This document shows positions 13,586 to 23,994 of a DNA stretch of 64,000 nt, piece by piece. The stretch's first letter is position 1. The number at the start of each line of letters is the position of its first letter. This stretch comes from Gemmatimonadaceae bacterium. GTDB taxonomy: Bacteria > Gemmatimonadota > Gemmatimonadetes > Gemmatimonadales > Gemmatimonadaceae. The stretch covers positions 2,685 through 66,684 of the forward strand of contig JANNLH010000198.1 of the NCBI GenBank assembly GCA_031396725.1, given 5' to 3'. The notes under the pieces were generated by a model. It did not search any database, was not told the DNA's origin, and worked only from the letters and a program-made list of their open reading frames with translations. The translations under genes and the position numbers were made by a program.

Positions 13586-14629
13586 ATGTCCGTCCAGGCT
13601 CCCACTGCGCTCCGGATCGCCGACGTCGCCGCCGCCATCGGCGGCACCGTCGTCGGTGATCCGGACGTCCGCGTTCAGGGGATCGCCTCGCTCGACCGCG
13701 CGACCGCGGACGAGCTGTCGTTCCTCTCGGGCGCGAAGTACGCGAAGCTCCTGATGGAGAGCGCCGCGGGCGCCGTGCTCGTCACGCCCGAGCTTGCCGA
13801 CACCCCCGGCCGCTGCCGGAACCGCATCGTCGTCGCCAAGCCGAACGAGGCGATGCTGCTGCTCCTCCCGCGTTTCTATCGCATGCCGGCGCGCCCCTTC
13901 GCCGGCGTGCATCCGACCGCCGTCGTCGCACCGGACGCCTCGGTCGATGCCGATGCCTGCGTCGAGGCCTTCTGCGTGATCGGCGCGGGGGCCTCGGTCG
14001 CGAAGGGCGCCTGGATCGGCCCGCATTGCGTGCTCTCCGACGGCGTCTCCGTCGGGGCGGACTCGCGCCTCGTCAGCCACGTGATGCTTTATCCGGGGTC
14101 CACGATCGGTGAGCGCACGACGCTGCACGCGGGCGTCCGGATCGGGAGCGACGGCTTCGGCTATGTCTTCGAGGGCGGCGTGCACCGGAAGGTGCCGCAC
14201 GTCGGGCGCTGCGTCATCGGCAACGACGTGGAGATCGGCGCGAACTCCACCATCGACCGCGGCAGCATCGACGCGACCGTGATCGGCGACGGCAGCAAGC
14301 TCGACAATCTCGTGCATGTCGCGCACAACGTGCGCGTCGGGCGGCTCTGCCTCTTCGCAGCCGGCGTCGCGATCGCGGGGAGCACGCGGATCGAGGACGG
14401 CGTGGTGCTTGCCGGGCAGGTCGGCGTCGCCGGTCATGTCACGCTGGGCAAGGGCGCGGTGGTGACGGCGCAGTCGGGCGTGATCAAGGACGTGCCGGCG
14501 GGCGAGACCTGGGGCGGATTCCCCTCGCGCCCGCACAAGGAAGCGATGCGGGGCTATGCCGCGGTGGCGAAGCTCCCCGAGCTGATCAAGCGGCTCGAGA
14601 AACTATTGCGGCGCGAGTCGGATCCGTGA
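13586..14629 (+). CDS. lpxD: UDP-3-O-acyl-glucosamine N-acyltransferase
   Basis: Hexapeptide repeats, 'IGSDGFGY', '[12 protein letters not shown]', '[12 protein letters not shown]'. Confidence 0.95.
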   Translation: MSVQAPTALRIADVAAAIGGTVVGDPDVRVQGIASLDRATADELSFLSGAKYAKLLMESAAGAVLVTPELADTPGRCRNRIVVAKPNEAMLLLLPRFYRMPARPFAGVHPTAVVAPDASVDADACVEAFCVIGAGASVAKGAWIGPHCVLSDGVSVGADSRLVSHVMLYPGSTIGERTTLHAGVRIGSDGFGYVFEGGVHRKVPHVGRCVIGNDVEIGANSTIDRGSIDATVIGDGSKLDNLVHVAHNVRVGRLCLFAAGVAIAGSTRIEDGVVLAGQVGVAGHVTLGKGAVVTAQSGVIKDVPAGETWGGFPSRPHKEAMRGYAAVAKLPELIKRLEKLLRRESDP

Positions 14630-15912
14630 GCGCACGGCGCACGATCGCGGCGCCGGCGTCGCTGCAGGGGATCGGACTCCATCTCGGGCGCGCGTGCGCG
14701 CTCACGTTCCGGCCGGCGGCCCCGGGTGAGGGGATCCGCTTCCGGCGGATCGACCTGCCGGGCGCGCCGGAGACGCAGGCGCACGTCAGCGTCGCGATCG
14801 CGGCCGAGCGCCGGACGCAGCTGGGGGAAGGGGAGGCCGCGCTGCACACGGTCGAACATGTGCTCGCGGCGGTGGCGGGACTCGGGATCGACGACGTCCT
14901 GATCGAGATGGACGCCGCCGAGCCGCCGATCATGGACGGCTCGGCCGAGCCGTTCCGCGCCGCGCTGGCCGGGGCGGGGATCGTCGCGCACGGCGGGACG
15001 GCCGACGTCCTGCGGCTCCGCGAGTGCGTGCGCGTCGTGGACGGGGAGTCCGTCTACGTGGCGTACCCGCACGACACGCTCGAGCTCGACGTGCAGATCG
15101 ACTTCCCCCATCCGCGGATCGGGGCGCAGCGCGGCCAATACCGGGTGGGGCCGGAGAGCTTCTCGCGTGAGCTCGCGCCGGCGCGCACCTTCGGGATGCT
15201 CAGCTGGGTCGAGGAACTGCGCGGCAAGGGGCTGATCCAGGGCGCCTCGGCCGAGAACACGATCGTGCTCGACGCGACCGACGTGGTGGGGACGACCTTG
15301 CGGTGGCCGGACGAGTTCGTCCGGCACAAGGCGATGGACGTGGTGGGGGACCTCGCACTGGCCGGGATGCGCGTCGCGGCGCGGATCTCGGCCAGCAAGC
15401 CGAGCCATCGGGGGACCGTGACGCTCGTGCGCGAGATGCTCGCCCACGCGCTGCCAAAGGGGCTTCAATCGGAGGAGCAAGTGCTCGGAATCGAGGACAT
15501 CATGAAGATCCTGCCCCACCGGTATCCGTTCCTGCTGGTGGACCGGATCATCGAGATGGAGGCCAACAAGCGGATCGTCGGCATCAAGAACGTGACGATC
15601 AACGAGCCCTTCTTCCAGGGCCACTTCCCGGGCCACCCGATCATGCCGGGCGTGCTGATCGTCGAGGCGATGGCGCAGGTGGGAGGCGTGCTGCTGATGG
15701 GGACGGTCGACGACCCGGAGAGCAAGGTCGTGTACTTCATGTCGCTCGACAACATCAAGTTCCGCAAGCCCGTGAAGCCGGGCGACCAGCTGCGGTTCGA
15801 GATCGAGATCGTGCAGTTGCGCTCGAAGATCGCCCGCATCGCCGGCGTCGCGAAGGTGGACGGCGCGGTGGTCTGCGAGGCCGAGATGGCCGCCATGGTG
15901 CGCGACCGATGA
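14626..15912 (+). CDS. lpxC-fabZ: Bifunctional LpxC (UDP-3-O-acyl-GlcNAc deacetylase)-FabZ (3-hydroxyacyl-ACP dehydratase) fusion
   Basis: 'HTVEHVLAA', 'ARTFG', '[10 protein letters not shown]' then '[13 protein letters not shown]', '[22 protein letters not shown]'. Confidence 0.95.
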   Translation: MSARRTIAAPASLQGIGLHLGRACALTFRPAAPGEGIRFRRIDLPGAPETQAHVSVAIAAERRTQLGEGEAALHTVEHVLAAVAGLGIDDVLIEMDAAEPPIMDGSAEPFRAALAGAGIVAHGGTADVLRLRECVRVVDGESVYVAYPHDTLELDVQIDFPHPRIGAQRGQYRVGPESFSRELAPARTFGMLSWVEELRGKGLIQGASAENTIVLDATDVVGTTLRWPDEFVRHKAMDVVGDLALAGMRVAARISASKPSHRGTVTLVREMLAHALPKGLQSEEQVLGIEDIMKILPHRYPFLLVDRIIEMEANKRIVGIKNVTINEPFFQGHFPGHPIMPGVLIVEAMAQVGGVLLMGTVDDPESKVVYFMSLDNIKFRKPVKPGDQLRFEIEIVQLRSKIARIAGVAKVDGAVVCEAEMAAMVRDR

Positions 15913-16685
15913 GCGCCCGCGTCCATCCGACGGCGCACGTCGATCCGCGCGCGGAGCTGGCCGACGACGTCGAGGTCGGCCCCTGGGCCTTCATCGGCCC
16001 CGACTGCCGCGTCGGCGCCGGGAGCGTCATCCACATGCGCGCCACGCTCGAGGAGCATGTGCACCTCGGCGCGAACGTGAGCGTCGGGATCGGGAGCGTG
16101 CTGGGCGGCAAGCCGCAGGACCTCAAGTTCAAGGGTGAGGTCACCACCGTCGAGATCGGCGACGACACGACCATCCGCGAGTACGCGACGATCAACCGCG
16201 GCACCTCCGAGTCGTTCAGGACGACGGTCGGCAAGGGCTGCTTCCTGATGTCGTACGTGCACCTGGCGCACGACTGCCACATCGGCGACGGCGTGATCAT
16301 CTCCAACGGCACGCAGCTCGCGGGCCACGTGAAGATCGACGACCGCGCGATCATCTCCGGGCTCTGCGCGGTCCACCAGTTCGGGAAGATCGGCCGCCAC
16401 GCGTTCGTCGGCGGGATGTCGCGCGTCGCCAAGGACGTGCCGCCCTTCGTCAAGGCGGTCGGCAACCCGGTGAAGCTCTACGGGCTGAACTCGGTCGGGC
16501 TGTCGCGCAGCGGATTCTCGGACGAAGTGGTCTCGGAGCTCAAGAAGGCCTACCGGCTCTTCTTCCGCTCCGACGTCAACATCTCGCAGGCGATGGCGCG
16601 CGCCGAGGGCGAGCTCAAGCCCTTCCCGGAGGTGCAGGCCTTCATCGCCTTCGTCGAGGAGAGCGGGCGGGGGATCGTCACGTGA
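15909..16685 (+). CDS. lpxA: Acyl-ACP--UDP-N-acetylglucosamine acyltransferase
   Basis: ATGA overlap; 'VHPTAHVDP', '[11 protein letters not shown]', 'HLAHDC', 'VHQF', 'LNSVGLSR'. Confidence 0.95.
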   Translation: MSARVHPTAHVDPRAELADDVEVGPWAFIGPDCRVGAGSVIHMRATLEEHVHLGANVSVGIGSVLGGKPQDLKFKGEVTTVEIGDDTTIREYATINRGTSESFRTTVGKGCFLMSYVHLAHDCHIGDGVIISNGTQLAGHVKIDDRAIISGLCAVHQFGKIGRHAFVGGMSRVAKDVPPFVKAVGNPVKLYGLNSVGLSRSGFSDEVVSELKKAYRLFFRSDVNISQAMARAEGELKPFPEVQAFIAFVEESGRGIVT

Positions 16686-17707
16686 GCCTGCCCGCCAAGG
16701 GGAACCTGCGCGTCGGCGTGGTCGGCACCGGAAGTCTCGGCTACCATCATGCGCGCATCCTGAAGGACCTCCCCGGCGTGAACTTCCGCGGGTTCTTCGA
16801 GGCGAGCACCGACCGCGCCGGACAGGTCTCGCGCGAGCTGGGGATCCGCGCCTACCCGACGCTCGACGCGCTGCTCGACGACGTCGATGCGGTGTCGATC
16901 GTGGTGCCGACCTCGCGCCACCACGAGGTCGCGATGGCGGCGCTCGCGAAGGCGAAGCACCTGCTGATCGAGAAGCCGATCACGGTGACGCTCGCCGAGG
17001 CCGACGAACTGCTCGCGCTCGCCGAGCGGCAGGGGGTGCTGGTGCAGATCGGGCACATCGAGCGGTTCAACCGCGCGATCCGCGCCGCGCTGCCGCACGT
17101 GGACCGGCCGCTCTTCATCGACAGCGACCGGCTCGCGCCGTTCAACCCGCGCGGCTCCGACGTGGCCGTGGTGCTCGACCTGATGATCCACGACATCGAC
17201 CTCGTGCTGACGCTCACCGGCTCGCCGGTGAAGGACGTCTCGGCGGCGGGGCTGCCGGTGCTCACGCCGTCGATCGACATCGCGGACGCGCGCATCACCT
17301 TCGCGAGCGGCGCGGTGGCGACGATCACGTCGAGCCGCGTGTCGAAGGACCGGATGCGCAAGCTCCGGATCTTCCAGCGCAACGGCTACCTCTCGCTCGA
17401 CCTCGCGGCGGGCACCGGAGAGATGTACCGGCTCCGCGGCGACGTGGACCTCGCGACGCTGGCGCGGCAGGCGCAGCCGCTCGAGGCCTTCGTCGAGCGC
17501 GTGCCGATCGACGCGCCCGAGGGGGAGCCGCTCCGGCTCGAACTCGAGAGCTTCCTCGCGGCGCTGCGCGGCGAGGCCCCGGTCGCGGTGACCGGTCGCG
17601 CGGGCCGCGACGCACTGGCGGTCGCGCTGCGCATCGTCGGCGACATCGAACGGAGCCTGCCGGCGCTCGGCTCCCTCACGCCGGGCGGCACGCCCCCCGG
17701 TGCGTGA
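16682..17707 (+). CDS. Gfo/Idh/MocA NAD-dependent oxidoreductase, GnnA-like by position
   Basis: Rossmann '[10 protein letters not shown]', 'LIEKP', 'GHIERFN', 'DLMIHDIDL'; between lpxA and lpxB. Confidence 0.85.
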   Translation: MSLPAKGNLRVGVVGTGSLGYHHARILKDLPGVNFRGFFEASTDRAGQVSRELGIRAYPTLDALLDDVDAVSIVVPTSRHHEVAMAALAKAKHLLIEKPITVTLAEADELLALAERQGVLVQIGHIERFNRAIRAALPHVDRPLFIDSDRLAPFNPRGSDVAVVLDLMIHDIDLVLTLTGSPVKDVSAAGLPVLTPSIDIADARITFASGAVATITSSRVSKDRMRKLRIFQRNGYLSLDLAAGTGEMYRLRGDVDLATLARQAQPLEAFVERVPIDAPEGEPLRLELESFLAALRGEAPVAVTGRAGRDALAVALRIVGDIERSLPALGSLTPGGTPPGA

Positions 17708-18809
17708 GATCCTGATCCTCGCCGGCGAGGCGTCGGGCGACCTGCACGGCGCGATCCTCGCCGAGCGACTGCAGGCGCTGCGCCCCGGCATCGCGCTCGC
17801 GGGGACCGGAGGCGCGCGGATGCGGGAGTCCGGCGTCGAGATGCTCGAGGAGCACGAAGGCGTCGTCGGGTTCGTCGAGGTGCTCCGGCACATCCCCGCG
17901 CACTGGCGGCTGCTGCAGCGGCTCAAGGCGCGACTCGCCTCGGGCCGCGTCGGGCTCGTGATCCTCATCGACTACCCGGGCTTCAACATGCGCGTCGCCG
18001 CTGCCGCCGCGGCGCGGCAGGTCCCGGTGCTCTACTACATCACGCCGCAGGTCTGGGCCTGGCGCGCGGGCCGCATGCGCACGATGGCGCAGGTGATCAC
18101 GAAGGCCGCGGTGATCCTGCCGTTCGAGGAGGAGATGCTGCGCGCAGCCGGTGTGGACGCGACCTTCGTCGGGCACCCGTTGCTCGACCGCGCGCTCGCG
18201 ATGCCCGATCGCGCGGCGGCCCGGGCGCGGCTCGGCCTCCCCGAGCGGGGGGAGGTGCTCGCCCTCTTTCCCGGCAGTCGCGCGCAGGAGATCCGCCGCC
18301 ACCTCGCCGATTTCGTGGCGGTCGCGCACGAACTCGAGCGGCGGCGCCCGGGCCTGCACGTCGTGCTCAGCGTCGCCCCGACGATCGACTTCCGGGCCGA
18401 CGAGGTCCCCTTCGCGATGGTGCGGTCCGCGAGCTTCGACGTGCTGCGCGCCGCCGACGTCGCGCTCTGCAAGAGCGGCACGACGACGCTCGAGGCGGCC
18501 GTCGCCGGCTGCCCCTGCGCCATCGTCTACCGCACGAGCCCCGTCTCATATGCGATCGCGCGGCGGCTCGTCCGCATCCCGCATATCGGGCTGCTGAACA
18601 TCGTCGCCGGGCGCAGCGTCGCACCTGAGTTCGTGCAGGATGCCTTCCAGCCGGTGCCGGTGGCCGACGCGCTCGATCCGCTCTTCGAGGCCGGGAGTCC
18701 GGCGCGTCGTGCGATGGAAGCCGGGCTCGCCGAGGTGAAGGCGCGCCTCGGTACGCCGGGCGCCTCGGCGCGCGTGGCCGAGATGGCCCTCGGGATGCTG
18801 CGTGACTAG
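17700..18809 (+). CDS. lpxB: Lipid-A-disaccharide synthase
   Basis: 'AGEASGDLHG', 'IDYPGFN', 'PQVWAWR', 'FPGSR..EI', 'KSGTTTLE'. Confidence 0.95.
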   Translation: MREILILAGEASGDLHGAILAERLQALRPGIALAGTGGARMRESGVEMLEEHEGVVGFVEVLRHIPAHWRLLQRLKARLASGRVGLVILIDYPGFNMRVAAAAAARQVPVLYYITPQVWAWRAGRMRTMAQVITKAAVILPFEEEMLRAAGVDATFVGHPLLDRALAMPDRAAARARLGLPERGEVLALFPGSRAQEIRRHLADFVAVAHELERRRPGLHVVLSVAPTIDFRADEVPFAMVRSASFDVLRAADVALCKSGTTTLEAAVAGCPCAIVYRTSPVSYAIARRLVRIPHIGLLNIVAGRSVAPEFVQDAFQPVPVADALDPLFEAGSPARRAMEAGLAEVKARLGTPGASARVAEMALGMLRD

Positions 18810-19497
18810 CGCGCCGGCCGGCACGCCGGCGGGACGGGCGCGGGCCGACGAGCGCCGGGTGCGCTGGATCGTGCGGCTCGGCGGACCGCTCATCCGGCTG
18901 CTCGCCGTGACCTGGCGGTTCGAGGAGGTCAATGCCGCCCCCTGGCGCGCGCTGCGGGCGACAGGCCGCCCGTTCATCTTCACGCTCTGGCACGGGCACC
19001 TGCTCGCGCAGACCTGGCTGCGCCGCGGCGAGGGGATCACGGTGATGATCAGCGAGCACCGCGACGGCGAGATCATCGCGCGGTTGGTGGAGTCGTGGGG
19101 CTATCGCACGGTGCGCGGCTCGACCTCACGGGGCGCCGGGCGCGCGCTCCTCGGAATGGTGCGCGAGCTCCAGTCCGGGAAGGAGTTCGCGATCACGCCT
19201 GATGGACCGCGCGGTCCGGCCGGAGAGGCACAGCCGGGCGTGCTCCTCGCCTCGGCTCGCGCGCAGGTGCCGGTCGTCACGATGCGCAGCGAGGTCTCGC
19301 GCGCCTGGCGGCTCCGGAGCTGGGACCGCTTCATGATCCCGAAGCCGTTCGCGCGTGTGCGGGTCACCTACGGCGACCCCTGGGTCGCGCCGGCCACCGA
19401 CGATGCCGCCGCGGAGGCGCTCGGCGTGCGCATGGGCCCGGCCCTCGATCCGCGATATCCCGCGCCGCCGAAGGCGCCGCAGAAGGCGCCGCGGTGA
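18802..19497 (+). CDS. DUF374 lysophospholipid-acyltransferase-family protein (possible LpxJ-like late acyltransferase)
   Basis: 'FTLWHG', 'SEHRDGEI', 'RGST', 'ITPDGPRGP', 'SWDRFMIPKPF'. Confidence 0.8.
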   Translation: MTSAPAGTPAGRARADERRVRWIVRLGGPLIRLLAVTWRFEEVNAAPWRALRATGRPFIFTLWHGHLLAQTWLRRGEGITVMISEHRDGEIIARLVESWGYRTVRGSTSRGAGRALLGMVRELQSGKEFAITPDGPRGPAGEAQPGVLLASARAQVPVVTMRSEVSRAWRLRSWDRFMIPKPFARVRVTYGDPWVAPATDDAAAEALGVRMGPALDPRYPAPPKAPQKAPR

Positions 19498-20528
19498 AGC
19501 GACGGGTCGAGGAGCTCTGGGCGCGCGGCGGGGCCGGCACGGCCGCCCTCGCACCCCTCTCCTGGCTCTTCGGGGCAGTCACCGGACTCCGCAATCTCGC
19601 ATTCGACACGGGCGTGCTCCCGAGCCGCCCGCTCGGCGCCCCGACCGTCAGCGTCGGCAACCTGAGCGTCGGCGGCACCGGGAAGACACCGGTCAGCGCC
19701 TGGGTCGCGCAGCAGCTGCTCGCACGCGGTCAGCGCCCCGCGATCCTGTTGCGCGGGTACGGGGACGACGAGCCGCTGGTGCATCGGCGGCTGACGCCGG
19801 ACGCGATCGTGGTCGCGGATCCTGACCGTGTCCGGGGCGCGCTGCAGGCGCTCGCGTCCGGGGCGACCGTGCTCGTGCTCGACGACGGGTTCCAGCATCG
19901 GCGGGCCCGGCGCGACGTGGATCTGGTGCTGGTCGCCGCGGAACAGGGGTCCCGCGGGCGACTCCTGCCGGCGGGGCCGTTCCGGGAACGCGGCCGCGCC
20001 CTGCGGCGGGCCCACGCGCTCATCGTCACGCGCAAGACCGCGTCGATGGCGGAGGCGGAGCAGGTGGCGCGAGAGTGGACCGCCGACACTCCAGCACTGC
20101 CCGTCGCCGTGCTCCACCTGCGCGCCGGACCGCTCCGCCCGGCGCTGGCGCCCTCGGACGGCGCGCGCGAAGCGTCACCGCCGCCGTCGCTCCGGGGCGC
20201 CCGCGTGTTGGCGATCTCGGCCATCGGCGCGCCGGCGGCCTTCGAGGGGCAGCTGCGCGACGCCGGGGCCGAGGTCGAGCGCGCGGCGTATCCGGACCAC
20301 CACTCGTTCAGCGATGCCGACGTCGCCGGCCTCGTGCGCCGGACGGGAGCCGTGGGCGTCGCCGTATGCACGCTCAAGGACGCCGTCAAGTTGGGTGACC
20401 GCTGGCCTCGCCAAGGCCCCCCCCTTTGGTATCTTTCACAGGCTGTGGTCGTCGAGCGTGGCGAGCGGGTCCTGACGGACCTGATCGGCCGCCTCGGCGG
20501 CCTCCGAACCTCCGACCATCGACCCTGA
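19494..20528 (+). CDS. lpxK: Tetraacyldisaccharide 4'-kinase
   Basis: 'SVGNLSVGGTGKTP', 'RGYG.DE', 'LDDGFQH', 'LLPAGPFRE', 'YPDHH', 'TLKDAVK'. Confidence 0.93.
   Translation: MKRRVEELWARGGAGTAALAPLSWLFGAVTGLRNLAFDTGVLPSRPLGAPTVSVGNLSVGGTGKTPVSAWVAQQLLARGQRPAILLRGYGDDEPLVHRRLTPDAIVVADPDRVRGALQALASGATVLVLDDGFQHRRARRDVDLVLVAAEQGSRGRLLPAGPFRERGRALRRAHALIVTRKTASMAEAEQVAREWTADTPALPVAVLHLRAGPLRPALAPSDGAREASPPPSLRGARVLAISAIGAPAAFEGQLRDAGAEVERAAYPDHHSFSDADVAGLVRRTGAVGVAVCTLKDAVKLGDRWPRQGPPLWYLSQAVVVERGERVLTDLIGRLGGLRTSDHRP
20407..20435 (+). promoter_or_regulatory. Candidate sigma70 promoter inside the lpxK 3' end, driving gdh
   Basis: -35-like TCGCCA (20407-20412), 17-bp spacer, extended -10 TG-G-TATCTT (20427-20435). 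Confidence 0.4.
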
Positions 20529-20567
20529 TCCGCCGGTCCCCGGACCGGTTCTGTCCCCGACGACACC

Positions 20568-21872
<1,305 letters not shown>

Positions 21873-21905
21873 GCGGGGCGCCGTCCCGCCTCGTGCGGGG
21901 CGGCG

Positions 21906-22370
21906 ATGAAGGTCCTGGTGGCCGCCGTCGGGAAGCCGCGCGATGCGGCGCTCGCGGCGGCCATCCGCGAGTATGAGATGCGGGCGGCGCGCTACTGGCC
22001 GCTCGAGGTGGTCGAGGTCCGCGAGGAGTCGGTGAAGGGCCTCGGCGCGGACCTGGTGATGCGGAAGGAAGGCGAACGGCTGCTGGAACGCGTCTCCGCG
22101 TCGGCACGGCTGGTGCTGTGCGATCCGGGGGGCGAGACGATGGATTCGACCGCGTTCGCGCGGTTCCTGCAGGACCAGCGCGAGCGCGCGCAGGACGTGG
22201 CGTTCGTGCTGGGCGGGGCGCACGGGATCGGCGACGTGGTGCGGCTGCGCGCGCACCGGCGCCTCGCCCTGGCACCCTGGACACTTCCGCACGAACTCGC
22301 GCGACTCGTGCTGGCCGAACAGCTCTACCGCGCCGGCACCATCGGTCGCGGCGAACCCTACCACAAGTAG
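21906..22370 (+). CDS. rlmH: 23S rRNA (pseudouridine1915-N3)-methyltransferase
   Basis: 'FVLGGAHG', 'LAPWTLPHELARLVLAEQLYRA...GEPYHK'. Confidence 0.93.
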   Translation: MKVLVAAVGKPRDAALAAAIREYEMRAARYWPLEVVEVREESVKGLGADLVMRKEGERLLERVSASARLVLCDPGGETMDSTAFARFLQDQRERAQDVAFVLGGAHGIGDVVRLRAHRRLALAPWTLPHELARLVLAEQLYRAGTIGRGEPYHK

Positions 22371-22441
22371 TCCCAGAGCGACGTGATCCTCTTCTCCAGC
22401 CCGGCCCGATGTTCCTGCTCCTCCCGCGCTGAGGGGACGCC

Positions 22442-23989
22442 GTGAGCGCCCCGCGCGTGGTGACCGAGAGCCTCGGCGGCGGTCCGCTCTCCCGCGCCGC
22501 GCAGGAGGGTCACGCACCGCCGGAGTGGTATCGCGCACGGCCGCAGGGCGCCGCGGCCTGGCGCGCGCATGGCGACGCGGTGCGGGCCGATTTCAGCGGT
22601 AGCCGCTGGCTCGCCGGGCTCCGGCCCGCCTTCGATGCCTCCGGAGCCGCCGCCGAGCGGCTCGAACGCGTGGCCGAGGCCAACGGGATCGTCGTGACCA
22701 CGGGGCAGCAGCCGGGCCTCTTCGGCGGCCCGCTCTACACGTTGCTCAAGGCGATGTCGGCGCTCACCCTGGCCGACCGCATCGAGCGTGAGACCGGGAT
22801 CCCCACCGTACCCGTCTTCTGGGCGGCCACCGACGACGCCGACTTCGCGGAGGCCTCCTGGACCGCCGTCGCCGAGGAGGGCACGGTCCGCCGCCTCCAG
22901 ATCCCGCGCAAGGGACAGGACGGACTCGTGATGGCGGAGATGCCGCTCGGCATCACCGACGAGCAGTACGAACTGCTGTCTGCCGCTGCCGGTTCGGCGC
23001 CGCACCCGATGGTGCTCGAGCATCTGCGCCTGGCCTACCAGCCCGATGCGACCGTCGGCGGTGCCTACGTGCGCTTCCTGCGCTCGCTGCTCGAACCGCA
23101 CGGCATCCCGGTGCTCGATGCGTGGCACCCGGCGACGCGCGCCGCCGCGCGTCCCACGCTCGTCGAGGCGCTGCGCCGGGCCCCCGTGATCGACGAGGCG
23201 CTCGCGCTCCGCATGGTGGCGATCGAGCGCGCCGGATTCCGCGCGCAGGTGGCGCGCGTGCCGAGGCTCTCGCTCGTGTTCCGCAGCACGGCGGGCATCA
23301 AGGAGCGTGTCCCGATCGCGCAGGCGGCCGACGTCGCCGATCGCGCCGACTCGGTGCTCTCGGCCAACGTGCTGCTCCGTCCGATCGTCGAGCGCCGAAT
23401 CCTCCCGACCGTCGCCTATCTCGGTGGTCCCGGGGAGATCGCGTACTTCGCCCAGGTCGGCGCGGTGGCCGAGGCCCTGGGCGTCCAGGTCCCGCTGGCG
23501 CTGCCGCGCTGGGCCGCGACGGTCGTCGAACCGGTGGTCGACCGGCGCCTCGGGCGCCTCGGCATGGTGTTCGACGACATCCGCGCACCGCACGAGGCCG
23601 AGAAGCGGCTCGGGGAGCGCTCGATGCCCGCGGTGTTGCGCGAGGGGCTGGAGGGGCTGCGCGAGGATCTCGCGCGGCGGCTGGCCGCGCTGGCGACGGC
23701 AGCTGCATCGCTCGATCATCTCGTGCCCGAGCGCGTGGTGGAAGGCGCCCGACACCAACTGCTCCATCGCGTGGACCGGCTCGAGCGGCGCCTGCGGGCG
23801 GCGGCGCGGGCGCGGAACACCGAGGCGGTGCAGGATCTCGCGGCGGTGCGCGCGGCGCTGATGCCCGAGGGACACCGGCAGGAGCGTCGCCTCAATGCGG
23901 TCCCGATGCTCGCGCGGCACGGCGACCTGCTGCTCGCGCAGCTGAAGGCCGGCGCGGCGATGCACGCGGGGACGCTGGTCGGCGGCTGA
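22442..23989 (+). CDS. bshC: Bacillithiol biosynthesis cysteine-adding enzyme BshC-like protein
   Basis: 'VVTTGQQPGLFGGPLYTLLK', 'PVFWAATDDADF', 'NVLLRP', 'YLGGPGEIAYFAQ', 'QERRLN'. Confidence 0.85.
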   Translation: MSAPRVVTESLGGGPLSRAAQEGHAPPEWYRARPQGAAAWRAHGDAVRADFSGSRWLAGLRPAFDASGAAAERLERVAEANGIVVTTGQQPGLFGGPLYTLLKAMSALTLADRIERETGIPTVPVFWAATDDADFAEASWTAVAEEGTVRRLQIPRKGQDGLVMAEMPLGITDEQYELLSAAAGSAPHPMVLEHLRLAYQPDATVGGAYVRFLRSLLEPHGIPVLDAWHPATRAAARPTLVEALRRAPVIDEALALRMVAIERAGFRAQVARVPRLSLVFRSTAGIKERVPIAQAADVADRADSVLSANVLLRPIVERRILPTVAYLGGPGEIAYFAQVGAVAEALGVQVPLALPRWAATVVEPVVDRRLGRLGMVFDDIRAPHEAEKRLGERSMPAVLREGLEGLREDLARRLAALATAAASLDHLVPERVVEGARHQLLHRVDRLERRLRAAARARNTEAVQDLAAVRAALMPEGHRQERRLNAVPMLARHGDLLLAQLKAGAAMHAGTLVGG

Positions 23990-23994
23990 ACGCC

